Origin: Eledone cirrhosa
Lineage: Eukaryota
Length of the DNA: 64,000 nt
Reading direction: 5' to 3'
Assembly (NCBI GenBank): GCA_964016885.1
Contig: OZ024740.1
Coordinates: forward strand, 390,662,001 to 390,726,000
The position numbers and the translations under genes were made by a program. The notes under the pieces were generated by a model. It did not search any database and had not been told where the DNA came from. It saw nothing but the letters and a program-made list of their open reading frames with translations. The number at the start of each line of letters is the position of its first letter. Position 1 is the stretch's first letter. This document shows positions 25,333 through 39,239 of this stretch, in pieces.

Positions 25333-26101
25333 TTGGAAAGTGGAAAGTGGGTACTAAGTAAGATCTATGACGAATTCACGTCAAATAATAGGTCAAACCT
25401 GTAAGCCAAGCCTGTCTGAGTTATAGCACAAAAGAGCGTAAACAAGGGCATTATTTTGGAGCACACTGGAAAATAAATCATCGAAATCGGACGTTCGCGA
25501 AAAAAGTTTTCTCATTAATTTTTTGTCTCATATTGAGAAAAACAAAGAAAGAAAATTATAAAAAGGACAACAATAAAATATGTCTTTGTTGAGAATCATG
25601 TAAATAAATGCTTAAGTGTCGTTATTGTTACGTTTGTTGTTTTATAAATTCATCTGTTGCTTTTGAATATTTGTTATTTGATGTAAAATGTAAGTGTGTA
25701 AAATGTAACGTTGAGAGAGCAGTATGTATTTAGTGTTATCGGCTTTTTAAATGTTGATATTTGATGTATGACGAACGAAGAGGGGGAATGATCTATTATA
25801 GAGAGAGAGAAGTTTTGTCGTTGTTCTAAACTGTAATGGAGACGGAGGCAGTAACCTTTTAAAGAGAGTTGCAGAGGAGATTGAGGGTAGTGAGAGGAAT
25901 GAAGCGTGTAAGAGAGAGGGTTACAGCATGTATTTAGTTTTATCGATTATTTTTCATAGAAGCAGGAAATTTTTGGCAAAAATAATTATGTGTTGATCAG
26001 CCCTGGTAGATTTGGAGCACATTGAAAAGAAATCATCAAAATCGGTAGAGAAATGTGGAAATGCATAAAAATCATACACACACACAGACAGACATCTACT
26101 C

Positions 26102-26229
<128 letters not shown>

Positions 26230-26328
26230 TATATACACTGGTCATAGACACACACATATTATACACACACACACACACACATATATATACACACACACTC
26301 ACATATATATATATACACCACATCAACA

Positions 26329-26374
<46 letters not shown>

Positions 26375-26890
26375 GTCTCTCTTTATGAAGGTACCCGGAA
26401 AAAACCCATATCTCGTGAACCCGTGCTCCGATTTACGCGAAACTTGTTTTATTCCATTTGTATTCCCATTTCAGGGTTAACTTCCTTTCAAAGTGTTTTC
26501 CCTTTATGCGCCCTTTTGGCTGTATTACATTAGAGACAAGCAAGCAATCAATCACAGAGTTTTAGTAGTAGTATATATATATATACGTGGGTGGGGTGTA
26601 CATATATATGTGTTTGTGTGTTTGTAAAATATGTATCGGCTAAAATAAATAGTGTCGGCTTTATGAGCGACTAAAATTCTTGACAAATGACTCAAACGAG
26701 TAAAAGAATGAATGTGAAAGAACCTATTATTTAGAGACACTGGTTTTATAGAATTGTTTTCTACATAACAATCATTTTCATTTTGCAGATTGTTTGCAAG
26801 TTTTCATTTACTAATTCTTCTGTTCATAAAAACGATTGCAACAAGAATATCTCACATGATGAAACTGGAACAAAATGCCATGCCAGATTC

Positions 26891-28632
26891 TAATAATAAT
26901 AATAATGCTTTCTTTATTAGCCACAAGGGTTGACATGAAGTACAACATTAAGGACAACACAGGACGGGACCAATGGGCATTTCTGCGTGTAAAAGAAGAA
27001 AAAGAAAAAGAAAAAGAAAAAGAAAAAGAAAAGAAAAAGAAAAAATAATAATAATGTTTCCTTTATTAACCACAAGGGTTGACATAAAGTATAACATTAA
27101 AGACAGCACAAGACGGTACAGGGCGGTACAAATGGGAATTTCTGCGTGTAAAGAAAAAACAAAGGAAATGACAAAAAAGAAACAAAGGAAAATTCCCCAA
27201 TGGGGGTGAGACTTCCGAGGGACACTTGTAGAGAAAGCCCATTAAAAAAGCCACGGTTACCCTGACCACCAGGGCAAGTGCCCTCTCCCAGTTTTCCACC
27301 TTCAATTTACAGGCACATACTCTGAGCAGGCCCATTGACTCGAACCACGCTTGCCTCTCTCACCCTCTTTCAACAAATTGCTGGGAAGGGAGCACTTCCC
27401 TCTCCATCCTGATTTTCCTTTTCAAATGAAATGTGAAAAAGTTAATCAAGGCATCACCGAAGAGGTAAGTACTCGTCTTCACCCCTTTCAAACGCGTCCA
27501 CCACACGACCTCTTTTGCCATGGACACCAGGCAGATAAAAACTTCCTGCTTATCCTGGGTAGAGGAAGACGGTGGGGCAATCCTCACGATGGACTCAGCT
27601 GATAGCCGGATCCGTCCTACACGGGACAGCAGATGTTCGACATAAACCCACAAGTCAGCAATGCTCGGACACTAGACGAGTGCGTGCAGGACGGTTTCGT
27701 CGCCCTGCGCGCATTTCAGACAGGCCCGGCTGACGGCACTTATTTCGAACCGGCAAAGCTCCTCGGTAGCACTGCCAGGCCAGGGATTTCTGGAAGTTGT
27801 CCATGGGCCCCGGCCCGAAAGTTCTCCCGAAGAGATTGGCTAGTTGATTTTTGTCGACGCCGAGAGTCTCCCAAGGACGTCGTCGCTCTTTCCCTCTACT
27901 AACCCTCTATAGAACACCAAGGTGGATTTTCCACATTGCCCGATTGGTCGAGGGCTGTAAGCGCCTGAAAACATTACAGTCTCCAAGCGCTCCCTCTCGG
28001 TCTTCGCTTGACCCAGGACAGCAGCTCTATCAAGGAGACGAGCTGGGGAAACGGCGACCACACATTATCAGCATAGAGGAAGAGGTGGAGATTACGTAGC
28101 CTGAGCGCATGTTTGCTCATCATCAGCCACGGCAAGCCCAGCCCTCCCCGTAGCGGGTGTTGACAACAAATGGACCGCCTGACAATCAGAGCGCGTCCCT
28201 TCCACAAAAAGCGAAAGAGCAAACGCTCCAACGCGCCAACGCAACAGCTCCAACTAAGTGAGGCTTAGGACAAGGCACGGCGGTCAGGCGGTAGTAGATG
28301 ACGGATACGATGTACGCGTTCGCCATCTCAGCTCGACCTTTCAGGGATAGCTTCCTCTCAGCCCATTTCTGTGTGAGAGAGGCCACCCTGCTCGTCACCT
28401 CGTCCCAGTTCTTTTTCCGTCTGGAGGTCCGGACCGAACCAGAGCCTTAGCAATTTAACCGGTCCAGCGCCCGACGACGCTGTTGGACGGCATGAACCTG
28501 CCTTTCCAGGTGCCGAGCTGCAGGCCCACCGACTGGTTAATCATTGCTCTGGTCACCGCTTCGTATTCTCTCAGTGTAGTGCCGATCGCCTCGATGCGTT
28601 TGGCAACCGACACCACTACAGTGACGTCGTCG
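26891..28632 (-). mobile_element. Tx1/L1-like LINE ORF2 3' part (degenerate) plus a second short 3'-tail copy
   Basis: ADDVTV, RKLSLKGRA, FRFLWKG, RGGLGLP and the C-terminal Zn region. Two consecutive 3' tails ending in (TAA)n at about 26891 and 27046. Confidence 0.85.
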
Positions 28633-30084
28633 GCCATTGATGTCATCAATTTTATCAAACGCTATGCCCTCAATGAACGAATTTTCCGGCAACTGTACCA
28701 AGATAATGACGAAGAATTCGTCAAGCTACTCCGTCAGACTGAAGTGAGGTGGCTTTCAAAGAGCAAGTGCCTTACTCACTTCTTTGAACTGTTCGACTCT
28801 ATCATTGAGTTTCTTCGAGGACGCTACACAGAACTGTACAAGAAAACCCTTGATGTGATACAAGACTGCGCCTACCACGCCGACATCTTCGACAAATGCA
28901 ATAGCATCATTATGGCTTTGCAGGGGAAGAAAGTCACCTTGCTTAAAGCAAGGAATGCTGTGAAAACATTCCTGGCCAAATTGAATGTCATCGAAAGGAA
29001 TGTTTGTTGACAGGAATTCTATAATTTTCCTAGTGTCGCCAATGTTCAAAACATTGTGAGCGAATGGTTTCTCGACCTTTTTCCGATAGACATCCCAATT
29101 TGGATAGCAGATCCCTTCATAGCTAACGTCGACGATTTGGACGTTAAATTTCAGGAAGAATTCATTGAACTTCAAGCAGATGACAAGATCAAAATTAGAT
29201 TTTCCAAAATAGGTGAACCCCTTTTGTGGATGCAAGAGAAAATCAGCGTCGATTTCCAATCCTACATGCAGAGGCTAAGAGATTTGCTCTGCCTTTTCCA
29301 AGCTCATATTTAGTCGAGAGGAGGTTTGGTGTTGTTTCCAGACTGCACAGTAAGGCTCGCAACCGCTACAATGTAATTACACGTGGAGATCTCTGGCTAC
29401 ATCTTACAAAAATCCAGTCTGATGTCAAAGAGTTAGCTAGACTCCATGAAGATCAAGGGTCCCACTGAAATGAAGTCAAAGTTAAAGTAAGTTGATTTAT
29501 CCGAAAACTTGGATATGCTATTGTTACAAAGAAAACTAACACTTTTTTTTATTTGTAGTTGCAGTCTGACTGGACTGGAAACCATCTACCACAATTCACT
29601 TACTCATTTGTTGTCTATATTTTACCATTTACCTATAAATATACCCTCTTATATAGTCATGAAAACCCTCTTCCACGGTCTCTAAGCTCATAAAGAGGAG
29701 GGGACATCAAGTTAGATATCAACATTTATTCTGTCCGTTTCATTAAAGGGAAAATTGGAAAACTTTGAAATGATATAATTGCCACTTTCTTCCAGATAAG
29801 AGCACTCTTGGGATAGACAGAGTTGCTCTTGTATAAATGTTCAAAGTAGCTGGTATCGCCTGGTGGGAATATGAAAAATTCAACTGGTCCTTATTCATAA
29901 AAAAGAACATTTATGTTCCTTTTTTTGAAATTTATATATTTCATTTCAAGCAATGTATTTATACTCTCAACTGCCTACAATGGTATCTTTGGAATATTGT
30001 TAATCAATTTTTTAGTAATCTACTGATATATTGAAAAATAGGGTAGGGGGGCGTTTCATGGCCTAAATGGGTTGAGAACCTGTG
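28633..30084 (+). mobile_element. hAT (Buster/Charlie-type) DNA transposon, 5'-deleted copy
   Basis: Transposase motifs TEVRWLS and PFPSSYLVE..F. Right TIR TTGAGAACCTGTG ends at 30084. Near-identical to 32135-33680. Confidence 0.88.
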
Positions 30085-30359
30085 ATTTATAGCATAACTG
30101 CGAAGCAACACATTTTAGGAGAAGGCTTTGTGAATTAAAGTAATAAATATAGATGTAGACACTTAAATAAATACCCGTTGGTGTAAAAAAAATGCAGTTG
30201 CCCTGGTATGAATTGAACACAAAAAGTAGAGGGTCATAACTAATACCATAAGGGATTTTGTTCAGTGCTTTAATGGTTCTGTCATCTACAACCTTAACAA
30301 TAATCTGTGTGTTATTTAAAATCAATAGCCATCCATGTTTTGTATTATCCTGGTTGCTG

Positions 30360-30585
30360 GTAATGATTTCTACAATAGGCACAAGGCCAGCAATTTGGGG
30401 GAGGGGAAATACGATTAAATTGACTCCATTGCATTACTGGTACTTTATTTATCGACACTGTAAGGATGAAAGGCAAAGCTAACCTCGACGGGATTTGAAC
30501 TCAGAGCGTAAAGAGACGTAACTCTATGCTGCAAAGCATGGTGTCCGACACGCTACCAATACTACCAAACCACCGCCCTTTCTGG
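30360..30585 (-). mobile_element. SINE family S1 copy
   Basis: Reverse complement of the S1 core and B box. Confidence 0.8.
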
Positions 30586-30946
30586 TAGCTAATAATAACA
30601 CACTATTCACACAGAATCAATGAGTGGACATTTTACTTGAATAGATTCTGCCGACAATACGCAAAGACATCTAAATATAAATGAATTGAGACGAATTCTT
30701 GGAAGACAACTGTATCAGTCCAGTTTAAACAGTTGTGTCATGGTGTGTGTTTTGATGGTGTCATCTTTCAATATCTGAACTGTTTTGCTTTTTTGAGAAA
30801 CATTTTAAAGCCATCATGAATTGAAAAAAGTGAATATAGAATATCATTTTGATAGTGTCCTCAGAAAACAAGCCAAAATCATTTCTGTATGAGCAAACAT
30901 GGTCATCTAACTTGGCTTGTCTCATAACGAGGAAATTCGTCTAAAC

Positions 30947-33680
30947 CAAAGGTTCTCAAAGGGGGGCATATGCACCCCCGGGGGCGTTTCGGAACTCCAG
31001 GGGGGCGTTTGGAATTTCAGGGGGGGGGGGCTAGGGGGCGCTGAAAGACTCTTTACTTTGGTAAGTTTTATAAGCCATATTTGTATGTCTTTGAGACAAC
31101 CAGTGTGAATGCATTTGAAGGAGCTTGCAGACAGCATAACTATAGTCTGACCGCAGCTGTGAGCAGGTGCGCAGGCGTGTCTAAACATTAACCGGTAATT
31201 GAGATCCTAAAAATGAAAAAAACCCAGTCATCTGGATTAAGGACACTTTGAGCGCAGCCAGTTAGAATCTTATCTTTCCTTCACCGATAACAATGTATTT
31301 CATGTCTGAAATTATTGACTCAACCGTAATGAGTTATCACTATGTAGATCTATTTAATTCCCTATTGTATAAATAATATTACAAATAAAAAAAGAAAAAA
31401 AAACACAAAAGCGGGTAGCACACACATCTAGGACTACATACAACACATAAGCAGGTAATACACGCATCTAGGACTACATACAACACATAAGCAGGTAATA
31501 CACACATCTACGACCACATGCAACACATAAGGAGGTAACACACACACATCTAGGACCACATAAAACACACAGGCAGGTAGCACTCACATCTAGGACCACA
31601 TACAACACATAATAAGGTAATACACACATCTAGGACCACATGCAACACACGAGGTAGCACACACATCTAGGACCACATACAACACACAAGAAGGTAATAC
31701 ATACAGCTGGGACAACATGCAATACATAAGCAGGTAATACATACATCTAGGACCACATGCAACACACGAGGTAGCACACACATCTAGGACCACATACAAC
31801 ACACAAGAAGGTAATACAAACATCTAGGACCACATACAACACACAAGAAGGTAATACATACAGCTGGGACAACATGCAATACATAAGCAGGTAATACATA
31901 CATCTAGGACTACATACAACACACAGGCAGTTAATACATACATCTAGGAGCACATACAACACACATTGTATCATGTGCTACAGACGACGCAAGAGCAATG
32001 GTCGGCCAGCATAAGAGCTTCGTCACTCTTCTGAAGAGAGAACATCTATCTGTATTTGCTGTTCATTGTGTCATTCATCGACAACACTTGGCTGCGAAGA
32101 AATTCAGCAAGCCTCTGAGCAAGTTCTTGCAGGTGGCCATTGATGTCATCAATTTTATCAAACGGCATTCCCTCAATGAACGAATTTTCCAGCAACTGTG
32201 CCAAGATAATGACGAAGAATTCGTCAAGTTGCTCCTTCATACTGAAGTGAGGTGGCTTTCAAAGGGCAAGTGTTTTACTCACTTCTTTCAACTCTTCGAC
32301 TCTATCATTGAGTTTCTGCGAGGACGCTACACAGAACTGTACAAGAAAACCCTCGATGTGAGGCAAGACTGCGCGTACCTCACCAACATCTTTGACAAAT
32401 GCAATAGCATCATTATGGCTTTGCAGGGGAAGAAAATCACCTTGCTTAAAGCAAGGAATGCTGTGAAAACATTCCTGGCCAAATTGAATGTCATCGAAAG
32501 GAATGTTTGTTGACAGGAATTCTATAATTTTCCTAGTGTCGCCAATGTTCAAAACATTGTAAGCGATGACCAACTCCAAATTTATACCACTCACCTCCGT
32601 CAGCTACAAGACAACATGAGAGAACGGTTTGTCGACCTTTTGCCGATGGACATCCCAATGTGGATAGCAGATCCCTTCATAGTTAACGCCGACGATTTGG
32701 ACGTTAAATTTCAGGAAGAATTCATTGAACTTCAAGCAGATGACATGATCAAAATTAGATTTCCAAAAATAGGCGAACCCCTTTTTGGGATGCAAGAGGA
32801 AATTCAGCGTTGATTTCCAATCCTACATGCAGAGGCTAAGAGATTTGCTCTGTCTTTTCCAAGCTCATACTTAGTCGAGAGGAGGTTTGGTGTTGTTTCC
32901 AGACTGCACAGTAAGGCTCGCAACCGCTACAATGTAATTACACGTGGAGATCTCTGGCTACATCTTAGGAAAATTCAGCCTGACGTCAAAGAGTTAGCTA
33001 GACTCCATGAAGCTCAAGGGTCCCACTGAAATGAAGTCAAAGTTAAAGTAAGTTGATTTATCCGAAAACTTGGATATGCTATTGTTACAAAGACAACTAA
33101 CAATTTTTTTATTTGTAGTTGCAGTCTGACTGGACTGGAAACCATCTACTACATACAATTCAATTACTCATTTGTTGTATATATTTTATTATTTATTAAT
33201 AAATATACTCTCCCGCGTGGTCATGAAAACCCTCTTCCGTGGTCTCTAAACTCACAAAGCAGGGGGACATCAAGTTTGATATCAACATTTATTCTGTCCG
33301 TTTCATTAAAGGGAAAATTGGAAAGCTTTGAAATGATATAATTGCCACCTTCTTCCAGATAAGAGCACTCTTGGGATAGACAGAGTTGCTCTTGTATAAA
33401 TGTTCAAAATAGCTGGTATCGCCTGGTGGGAATATAACAAATTCGACTGGTCCTTATTCATAAAAAAGAACATTTATGTTCCTTATTTGAAATTTATATA
33501 TTTCCTTTCAAGGAATGTATTTATTCTCTCAGCTGCCTGAATATTGTTAATCAATTTTTTAGTAATCTACTGATATCAAAATCAGTAGAATATCGAAAAA
33601 TGGAAAAATAGGGTGGGGGGGGGGTCGTGATTTCAAGGGATAAAAGGGGGCGTTTGGCCTAAATGGGTTGAGAACCTGTG
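30947..33680 (+). mobile_element. hAT (Buster/Charlie-type) transposon with both TIRs and an 8-bp TSD; transposase defective
   Basis: TIRs CAAAGGTTCTCAA / TTGAGAACCTGTG. TSD GTCTAAAC at 30939-30946 and 33681-33688 (nnnTAnnn). Transposase motifs CATDDARAMVG, HCVIHRQHLAAK, HTEVRWLSKG, with stops. Confidence 0.93.
31413..31965. repeat. About 40-bp minisatellite (about 14 units) inside the hAT element
   Basis: Unit approximately ACACATCTAGGACCACATACAACACATAAGCAGGTAATAC. Confidence 0.9.
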
Positions 33681-33829
33681 GTCTAAACCATACTAGTGTG
33701 GAAAAATGGACGTTAAACGTTGGTGATGATGAATTATAATAATTTTACTAAGCATAGAAATATTCGTAGTAGTTATAAAAAGTTATAATGAGATTTAAAT
33801 AGTGGACCATTTAATCTCTGGATATAAAG

Positions 33830-35640
33830 TTTTAGCACGAGTAGTCTAGACATGAGAGACTTGGCCAATATCTACACTTTTTGATATGTCGGTATTATAA
33901 AACCAAACTGCTGACAAGTGGTATAAGCAACCTCTTGTGGCTGTAACTAAAGAAGAAAATGTAACGATTCTTTGAAACTTTCCTGTACATACAAAACCCT
34001 CAAAACTAACAGACCGGATACTGTTGCATAAACTCAAAATAACAAAGTATGTTTATTGATTGATATGAACATCCCATGTGGTCACAATATTACGGCAAAA
34101 GAATTTGACAAGCTAAGAAAATATAATGACTTTCTGATTGAAATTGATAAAATATGACATCTCAAAGTAGCTACAATACCAGTGATTGCAGGAGCACTAG
34201 GAAGGATAAAAATGGAATAGAAAATTATTTTAGAATGATCTCTGGCTTAAGGCAGCAGAAAAGTTAAGTGACGCAATGAAACCGGAGTCAGAAGGAAATG
34301 GTCAAGAAGATAAAAATATTACAATCAAGTGTCACTTTCTTGCAAAAATGAGAGGACCACGTGGTGTGTGGGTGAACGGCTGCTTCAGAGTTGGAAAGGG
34401 TTTGAAATGTGTTAAATTGGTGTGAACAATTTTATAAGAGAGATAAGGAAAATTAGACGTAGTAATTGACTCACCAAGGTGGAATTAGAGGCCCGGGAAA
34501 TTGAAGTACAAGGCCTGAATGTTAATACTGAAGGTAACTCAGATGATGCGAAAGTGGGAAACGTCTCAACGAGGAGAATTAGCTTACCAAAATGTTGATA
34601 AGTGAAAAATGAGGAACTATTAAATGTGGAGAGAGTAGAAAAAGAAGTGACTGATGATGTAGACATGGAAAAATTTAAGGAAATGAAAATGAAGAAGCGG
34701 AAGAAACAAGAGAAATCAGTTTAATGATCTTGGATTCAGTAAGACGCCGCTGAATATTTGGAATATAGAGAGAAGTAATTTAGCAAGTGAAACAGCCAAA
34801 GTAAACCATACATGATGTATCAAGAAACTAATGGTATCACTGACTTAAGATAGTTAGTTTACGCTACAGAGTTTCTGGTGGATGATGAACAAATAGGTAT
34901 TAAGCAAGGTGAAAGGAAGTAATGTAAGGAACACTGGAAAAAGATAAGATTGGAAGGTATATAAATCGGTTGAGGCAAAATCTAGGTAAAATGGATGCAT
35001 GGCATACACAAAAATACAAAAAGGCCAAAGTAGGGGAGAAACGACGTAAGGACATAAGGTATGAAATACAGTTGAAACCTCTGTATGTAGTGATGGAAGA
35101 AACGAAACAGCCAGTTAAGGCAAAGTCTAATCAGCTAAGGTGATATACAAATAGAAAAAAATATGAACAGAACAGATTGTCCTTTGCAAATCAAAAAATT
35201 TTCTTCAGAACACTGATAGGGAAAAGTGGTGCAGAAGTTACAGCTAATGCTAAAGAATCTACACAATTTTGGTCAAATCTATGGGGAATTGCAAAAGAGC
35301 ATAACAAATATGCGAGATGGATAATGAAGTTGAGTATAAGGTATAAAATGAACCAAAACAAAGATGGGAAAGCACCTAAATGATTGTGTAGAACAAGGGG
35401 TAGTTCCAAGTGGTATGGTTGAAGGAAAGATAACTTTCATTTTGATGGATAAAAGGAAAGGTTCGTTAGTTGGAAGTTACAGGCCAATTGCTTGCTTGAA
35501 CTTTCTTTGGAAGCTGTTGACTGGCATCTTTGTTGCAAACGTGTATGATCACTTTCTTCAGACGAGGTGTAGTCAAGCAGACGAGGTGTAGAAAATTTCC
35601 ACGGAACGAACGACCATAGTGCTGTTGACAAGACAATTAT
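33830..35640 (+). mobile_element. Highly degenerate R4/Dong-like fragments (RLE piece followed by N-terminal/RT piece)
   Basis: NRPD..CLLID..IP...IPVIAGALG at 33990-34210; FWSNLW and YRPIACLNFLWKLLTGI at 35260-35530. Confidence 0.7.
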
Positions 35641-35734
35641 AAATAACTAGCAGAGGTACCTGGCGTTGCCCGGTATAACTCTCAAGGGAGTAGTCGTTCA
35701 AATGAACCGAAAGACTTCCGTTAAACACGACTAT

Positions 35735-36012
35735 AGAAGTAACAATTTATAGGTGTTGTCCCTAAAGGGAGCCTTTGAACGTTTACTTTGAAATATCTCT
35801 CCGGTGGTGCTGCCAGCAAAAACGAATCCGATAGTAACAATTTAAAATTGGTGGTCCTAAAGAGAGCCTTGGATCGTTCAATCTTAAAAGTCTCAGCGGC
35901 GGTGCTGCCAGAAAAGACGAATCCAGGGATAACAATTTATAGTTGGTGGCCCTGAAGAGGGCCTTGGATCGTTCACTCTTGAAAGTCCCAGCGGCAGAGC
36001 TGTCAGCAAAGA
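35735..36012. repeat. 95-bp tandem repeat (3 units) in the Helitron 3' region
   Basis: AACAATTTA recurs at 35741, 35836 and 35931 with similar downstream sequence. Confidence 0.75.
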
Positions 36013-36684
36013 CGTGTGTCGTATTTGCTTTGCTTGTAATTTGAGATTGTAACCTAGAAAAGCATGTAACACACTCGAGAGCAGCTAACATATAGTTGAC
36101 CATGGGAGATGCACGGTTCTTCTAAATTAAGCCCTACGACCGTCAAAGTCTGACCCTGTGATTTGTTAATCGACATGGCGAAACTGAGCCGGAGAGGGAA
36201 TTGCAGCCTTCTGAATGTGAAAGGAATGTCTTTACCGGATAGAATGAGAAGTATCCTTGGTATGAAGACAGTATCCCCCTTACCACAGCCTGTAAGTATT
36301 GTTGCCTCAATAACATGAGGCATCGTCTTTTGGACGACCAGACGCGTGCCGTTGGAAAGTCTTCGGGGTTCCAAATTCCTGAGGAGCATGACAAGGGCAC
36401 TTTTCTTATATCGCAGTAAGTGTGGTGGCAATCCGGGAGGGTCTAGGGAGTTAAGAAATTCTGTGGGATAATTAACAACTTCGTCGGGATCATCCATAGA
36501 GTCAAGAGACTTGTAGGCGTGCAGGTTTCCAGGCAAGCATAGCGTAGTCGGGGGGAGGGGTCGTAGTTAAAGGCCTTCAACAACCATCGTGAATTTCAAG
36601 TCCTAGAAATGCCACGTAACGGTGATTGCTGCTGTTCACTTTCCAGAGGTCGGCCACGTCGTTGCACTATGGTTTCAGTATTTC

Positions 36685-37110
36685 GTGCAGCAGCAGTGGC
36701 AGCGGCGTCCCTGCTTCGTCGAACGGCGCGTCGTCCTTCATCCTCTCAAGCGCGAGCAGCGGATGTCGCAGTGGCGTCCCTGCTTCGTCGAACGGCGTGT
36801 CGTCCTTCATCCTCTCGAGCGCGAGCAGTGGATGTCGCAGTGACGTCCCTGCTTCGTCGAACGGCACGTCGTCCTTTATCCTCTCAAGCGCGAGCAGCGG
36901 ATGTCGCAGTGACGTCCCTGCTTCGTCGAACGGCACGTCGTCCTTCATCCTCTCGAGCGCGAGCAGCGGCTGTTGCAGAGGCGTCCCTGCTTCGTCGAAC
37001 GGCACGTCGTCCTTCATCCTCTCGCGCGCGAGCAGCAGCAGTCGCGGCAGCATCTTTGTTCCGTCGAAGTTCACGCCGATTGTCATCCTCCTTCGCTCTT
37101 GCAGCTGCCG
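36685..37110 (-). repeat. 69-bp coding tandem repeat (23-aa unit, 5 good copies plus 1 degenerate) in the Helitron ORF
   Basis: CGTCCCTGCTTCGTCGAACGG at 36706, 36775, 36844, 36913 and 36982. Encodes ARAREDEGRRAVRRSRDA-type repeats. Confidence 0.9.
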
Positions 37111-38164
37111 TCTTCACAGCATTCTGTGAGAGCCTGATCGCAGTCTCATTTACATCTTCGGTGAGACGCCTTCGCTTAGACTTACTTGCATCATTAGATA
37201 ATCGACCAATGAAAGTTCTTTTCTTGGGGGTCATTGTTTTTAGAAAATTAACCAGGGAGAACGATAAATAGTGGACAAATAACGTTTAAGTAAGGAAATC
37301 TAAACACGGATATAAATTGTGAAAAAATGTCATAAATCTATGTGGTCTGAGAAAGTGGGTATGTTTTGCAAGATTTTGTGTACCAGTCAAATTTCAGGTT
37401 TTAAGTTAGGGGCAACACAGCGTACGGACTACCTGTGATAAAGGAAAGTAAATAGTGTGGCTACAGTTGTAGGTATATAAGTGTCAGTATGTTTGTTCAG
37501 TTCGAACATTGCAATAAGTAAGTACTAACCATTGAAAGGATAGACAAAAATGGCCAAAAAATCACACCATGATAAACTGGAACCTTATGACTATAAACAC
37601 ATTAACTAAACCTCCTTTAAGGTGACAAACGTTGAAGATGCATGCGTTTCAGAAATATGGGGTTGCTTTTGAGAGTACGCATGTAAAAAAAACCTACCAC
37701 TTGTCAAAAGCCAAAAAAGAAGTGTGATCCTAGGTCGGACTTGACCCATATAAATAGGAGTGATTTCGCCCAATGAACAACACTCGAGTTGTCTGATTGG
37801 TTAGTTAATACAAATAAGTGTGATGAAATCTACTGAACACAACTCAGAGGCCGCCATTTCACACTTTATTGAGGTGCAATTAAACGGGGGAGACAACCAA
37901 GTGCAAAAACTAATCAATCATTCGCACAGTTTAGGTATGAGTGTGAAATAGCACAATCCACATACAGTAGGCGTTTAAATTTACACCTGGGTTAAATCGC
38001 GCTTTCTTGGTTAGAGTGTGAAATCACGCCAAAGTTCAATGAAAAAAATTTAACTCCCCCATTCCGCACTTAATTGTGGTGCAATTGCACGGGGGAGACA
38101 ACGGATGCAAAATTAAATTCAATCATCCTAAAGTTAACTAAACAAGTTCTTTCGTTGCACATCT

Positions 38165-38501
38165 TTGAAAAAGATGGCGTAGGCATACAATACAACGGGA
38201 GGAAACATAATAGCACCACTGACGATGTTGCAGATGTACAACGAAAGAACTTTGTTAGACTATATATATATGTGTTTGTGTCTATATTGTATCTGTATTT
38301 TTGACCGTTGGTCAGTCAATGGTAACATTGAGGACCGAATAAATTAAATTAACCGATATAAAAGACACAGAATCGAAAACCAACCAAACAGTGAGTGTGT
38401 TCTGTTATTAATTCTGGCAATATTATTACACAAATACGACCCGCCCCAAGTATAACAATATTTGTTTCGACACACGATTTCTTATCAAAAACCTCGCAAA
38501 A

Positions 38502-38505
<4 letters not shown>
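38165..38505 (+). mobile_element. Solo 3'-end/pseudo-LTR of a PLE-B-related family containing a hammerhead (38215-38256)
   Basis: Shares AAGATGGCGTAGG and AAGTATAACAATAT..TTTC..CAC with the B 3' end. Motif CA-CTGACGA-T-GTTGcA gatg TaCAAC-GAAA-GAAC-TT-TG. Ends in (TA)n. Confidence 0.7.
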
Positions 38506-38562
<57 letters not shown>

Positions 38563-39239
38563 ATAATAATAAATTTGAAGACTAAAATCCAAAGAGGGCT
38601 CGGTAAGGATAAATATATATCAAATGTATAAGAACCGTAGAGCAAATATTTATTAAAATAACAGATTAAAGTTTAAGTAAAGAATCGCTGCTTTCACCCT
38701 TAACGGGATCTTCTGAAACTAAAATAATCAATCTGTGAACGCAGAAGTAAATATTTCGAAAAACGTTGCAACCGAAGGAAGACAGGAAGACGATACTTTG
38801 GTTCGTGGAAACGTTCCCTGGCAAAGAACGGAAAAAACGAAGATAATATTTCATTATTTGGAGCGTGGAAAACAATTACACGCAAAGACAAAACCACGTT
38901 TACGGTATAAATGACGTCGTAGACTAATATTCTATTAGGTGGTTCGTGGAGACGTTCTCTGGCAATGAACGGAAAAAACGAAGATAATACGTCGTTATGT
39001 GAAGTGGTGAGAACAATTACACGCAAAGACAAAACCACGTCTATGGTATAACTAAATTCTATTTAGGAAACCGAATGATTCTCGGCTTCAGAGTTAAGAA
39101 TAATGTAAATAAATTACAGAGGTTATTGAAATCAACAAAAATTAAATATATACATGCACGCATCCATATACGTACATACATATGCATACGTGAAAACACC
39201 CGCCATGGGTACGTGCATGTATATATAGAGGCCAATACA

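Larger units (their letters stand above)
35647..38150 (-). mobile_element. Internally deleted Helitron (Rep/helicase N-terminus joined to Pif1-helicase C-terminus)
   Basis: 36054-36536 encodes YPTEFLNSL.PPGLPPH.L...LLRNL...LSNGTRL...IPRI...FRRLQFPLRLSFAMSINKSQGQTL..HGQLYV. N-terminal MTPKKR...AFNYDP. Minus-strand 3' hairpin plus CTAG ends at 35647. 5' end uncertain. Confidence 0.85.

Noticed and set aside
31413-31965. CRISPR-like array
   Set aside because: Units are contiguous tandem repeats without unique spacers, the context is eukaryotic, and there are no cas genes.
36609-37271. Plus-strand 220-aa repetitive ORF and overlapping frames
   Set aside because: Antisense shadow of the 69-bp repeat in the Helitron ORF.
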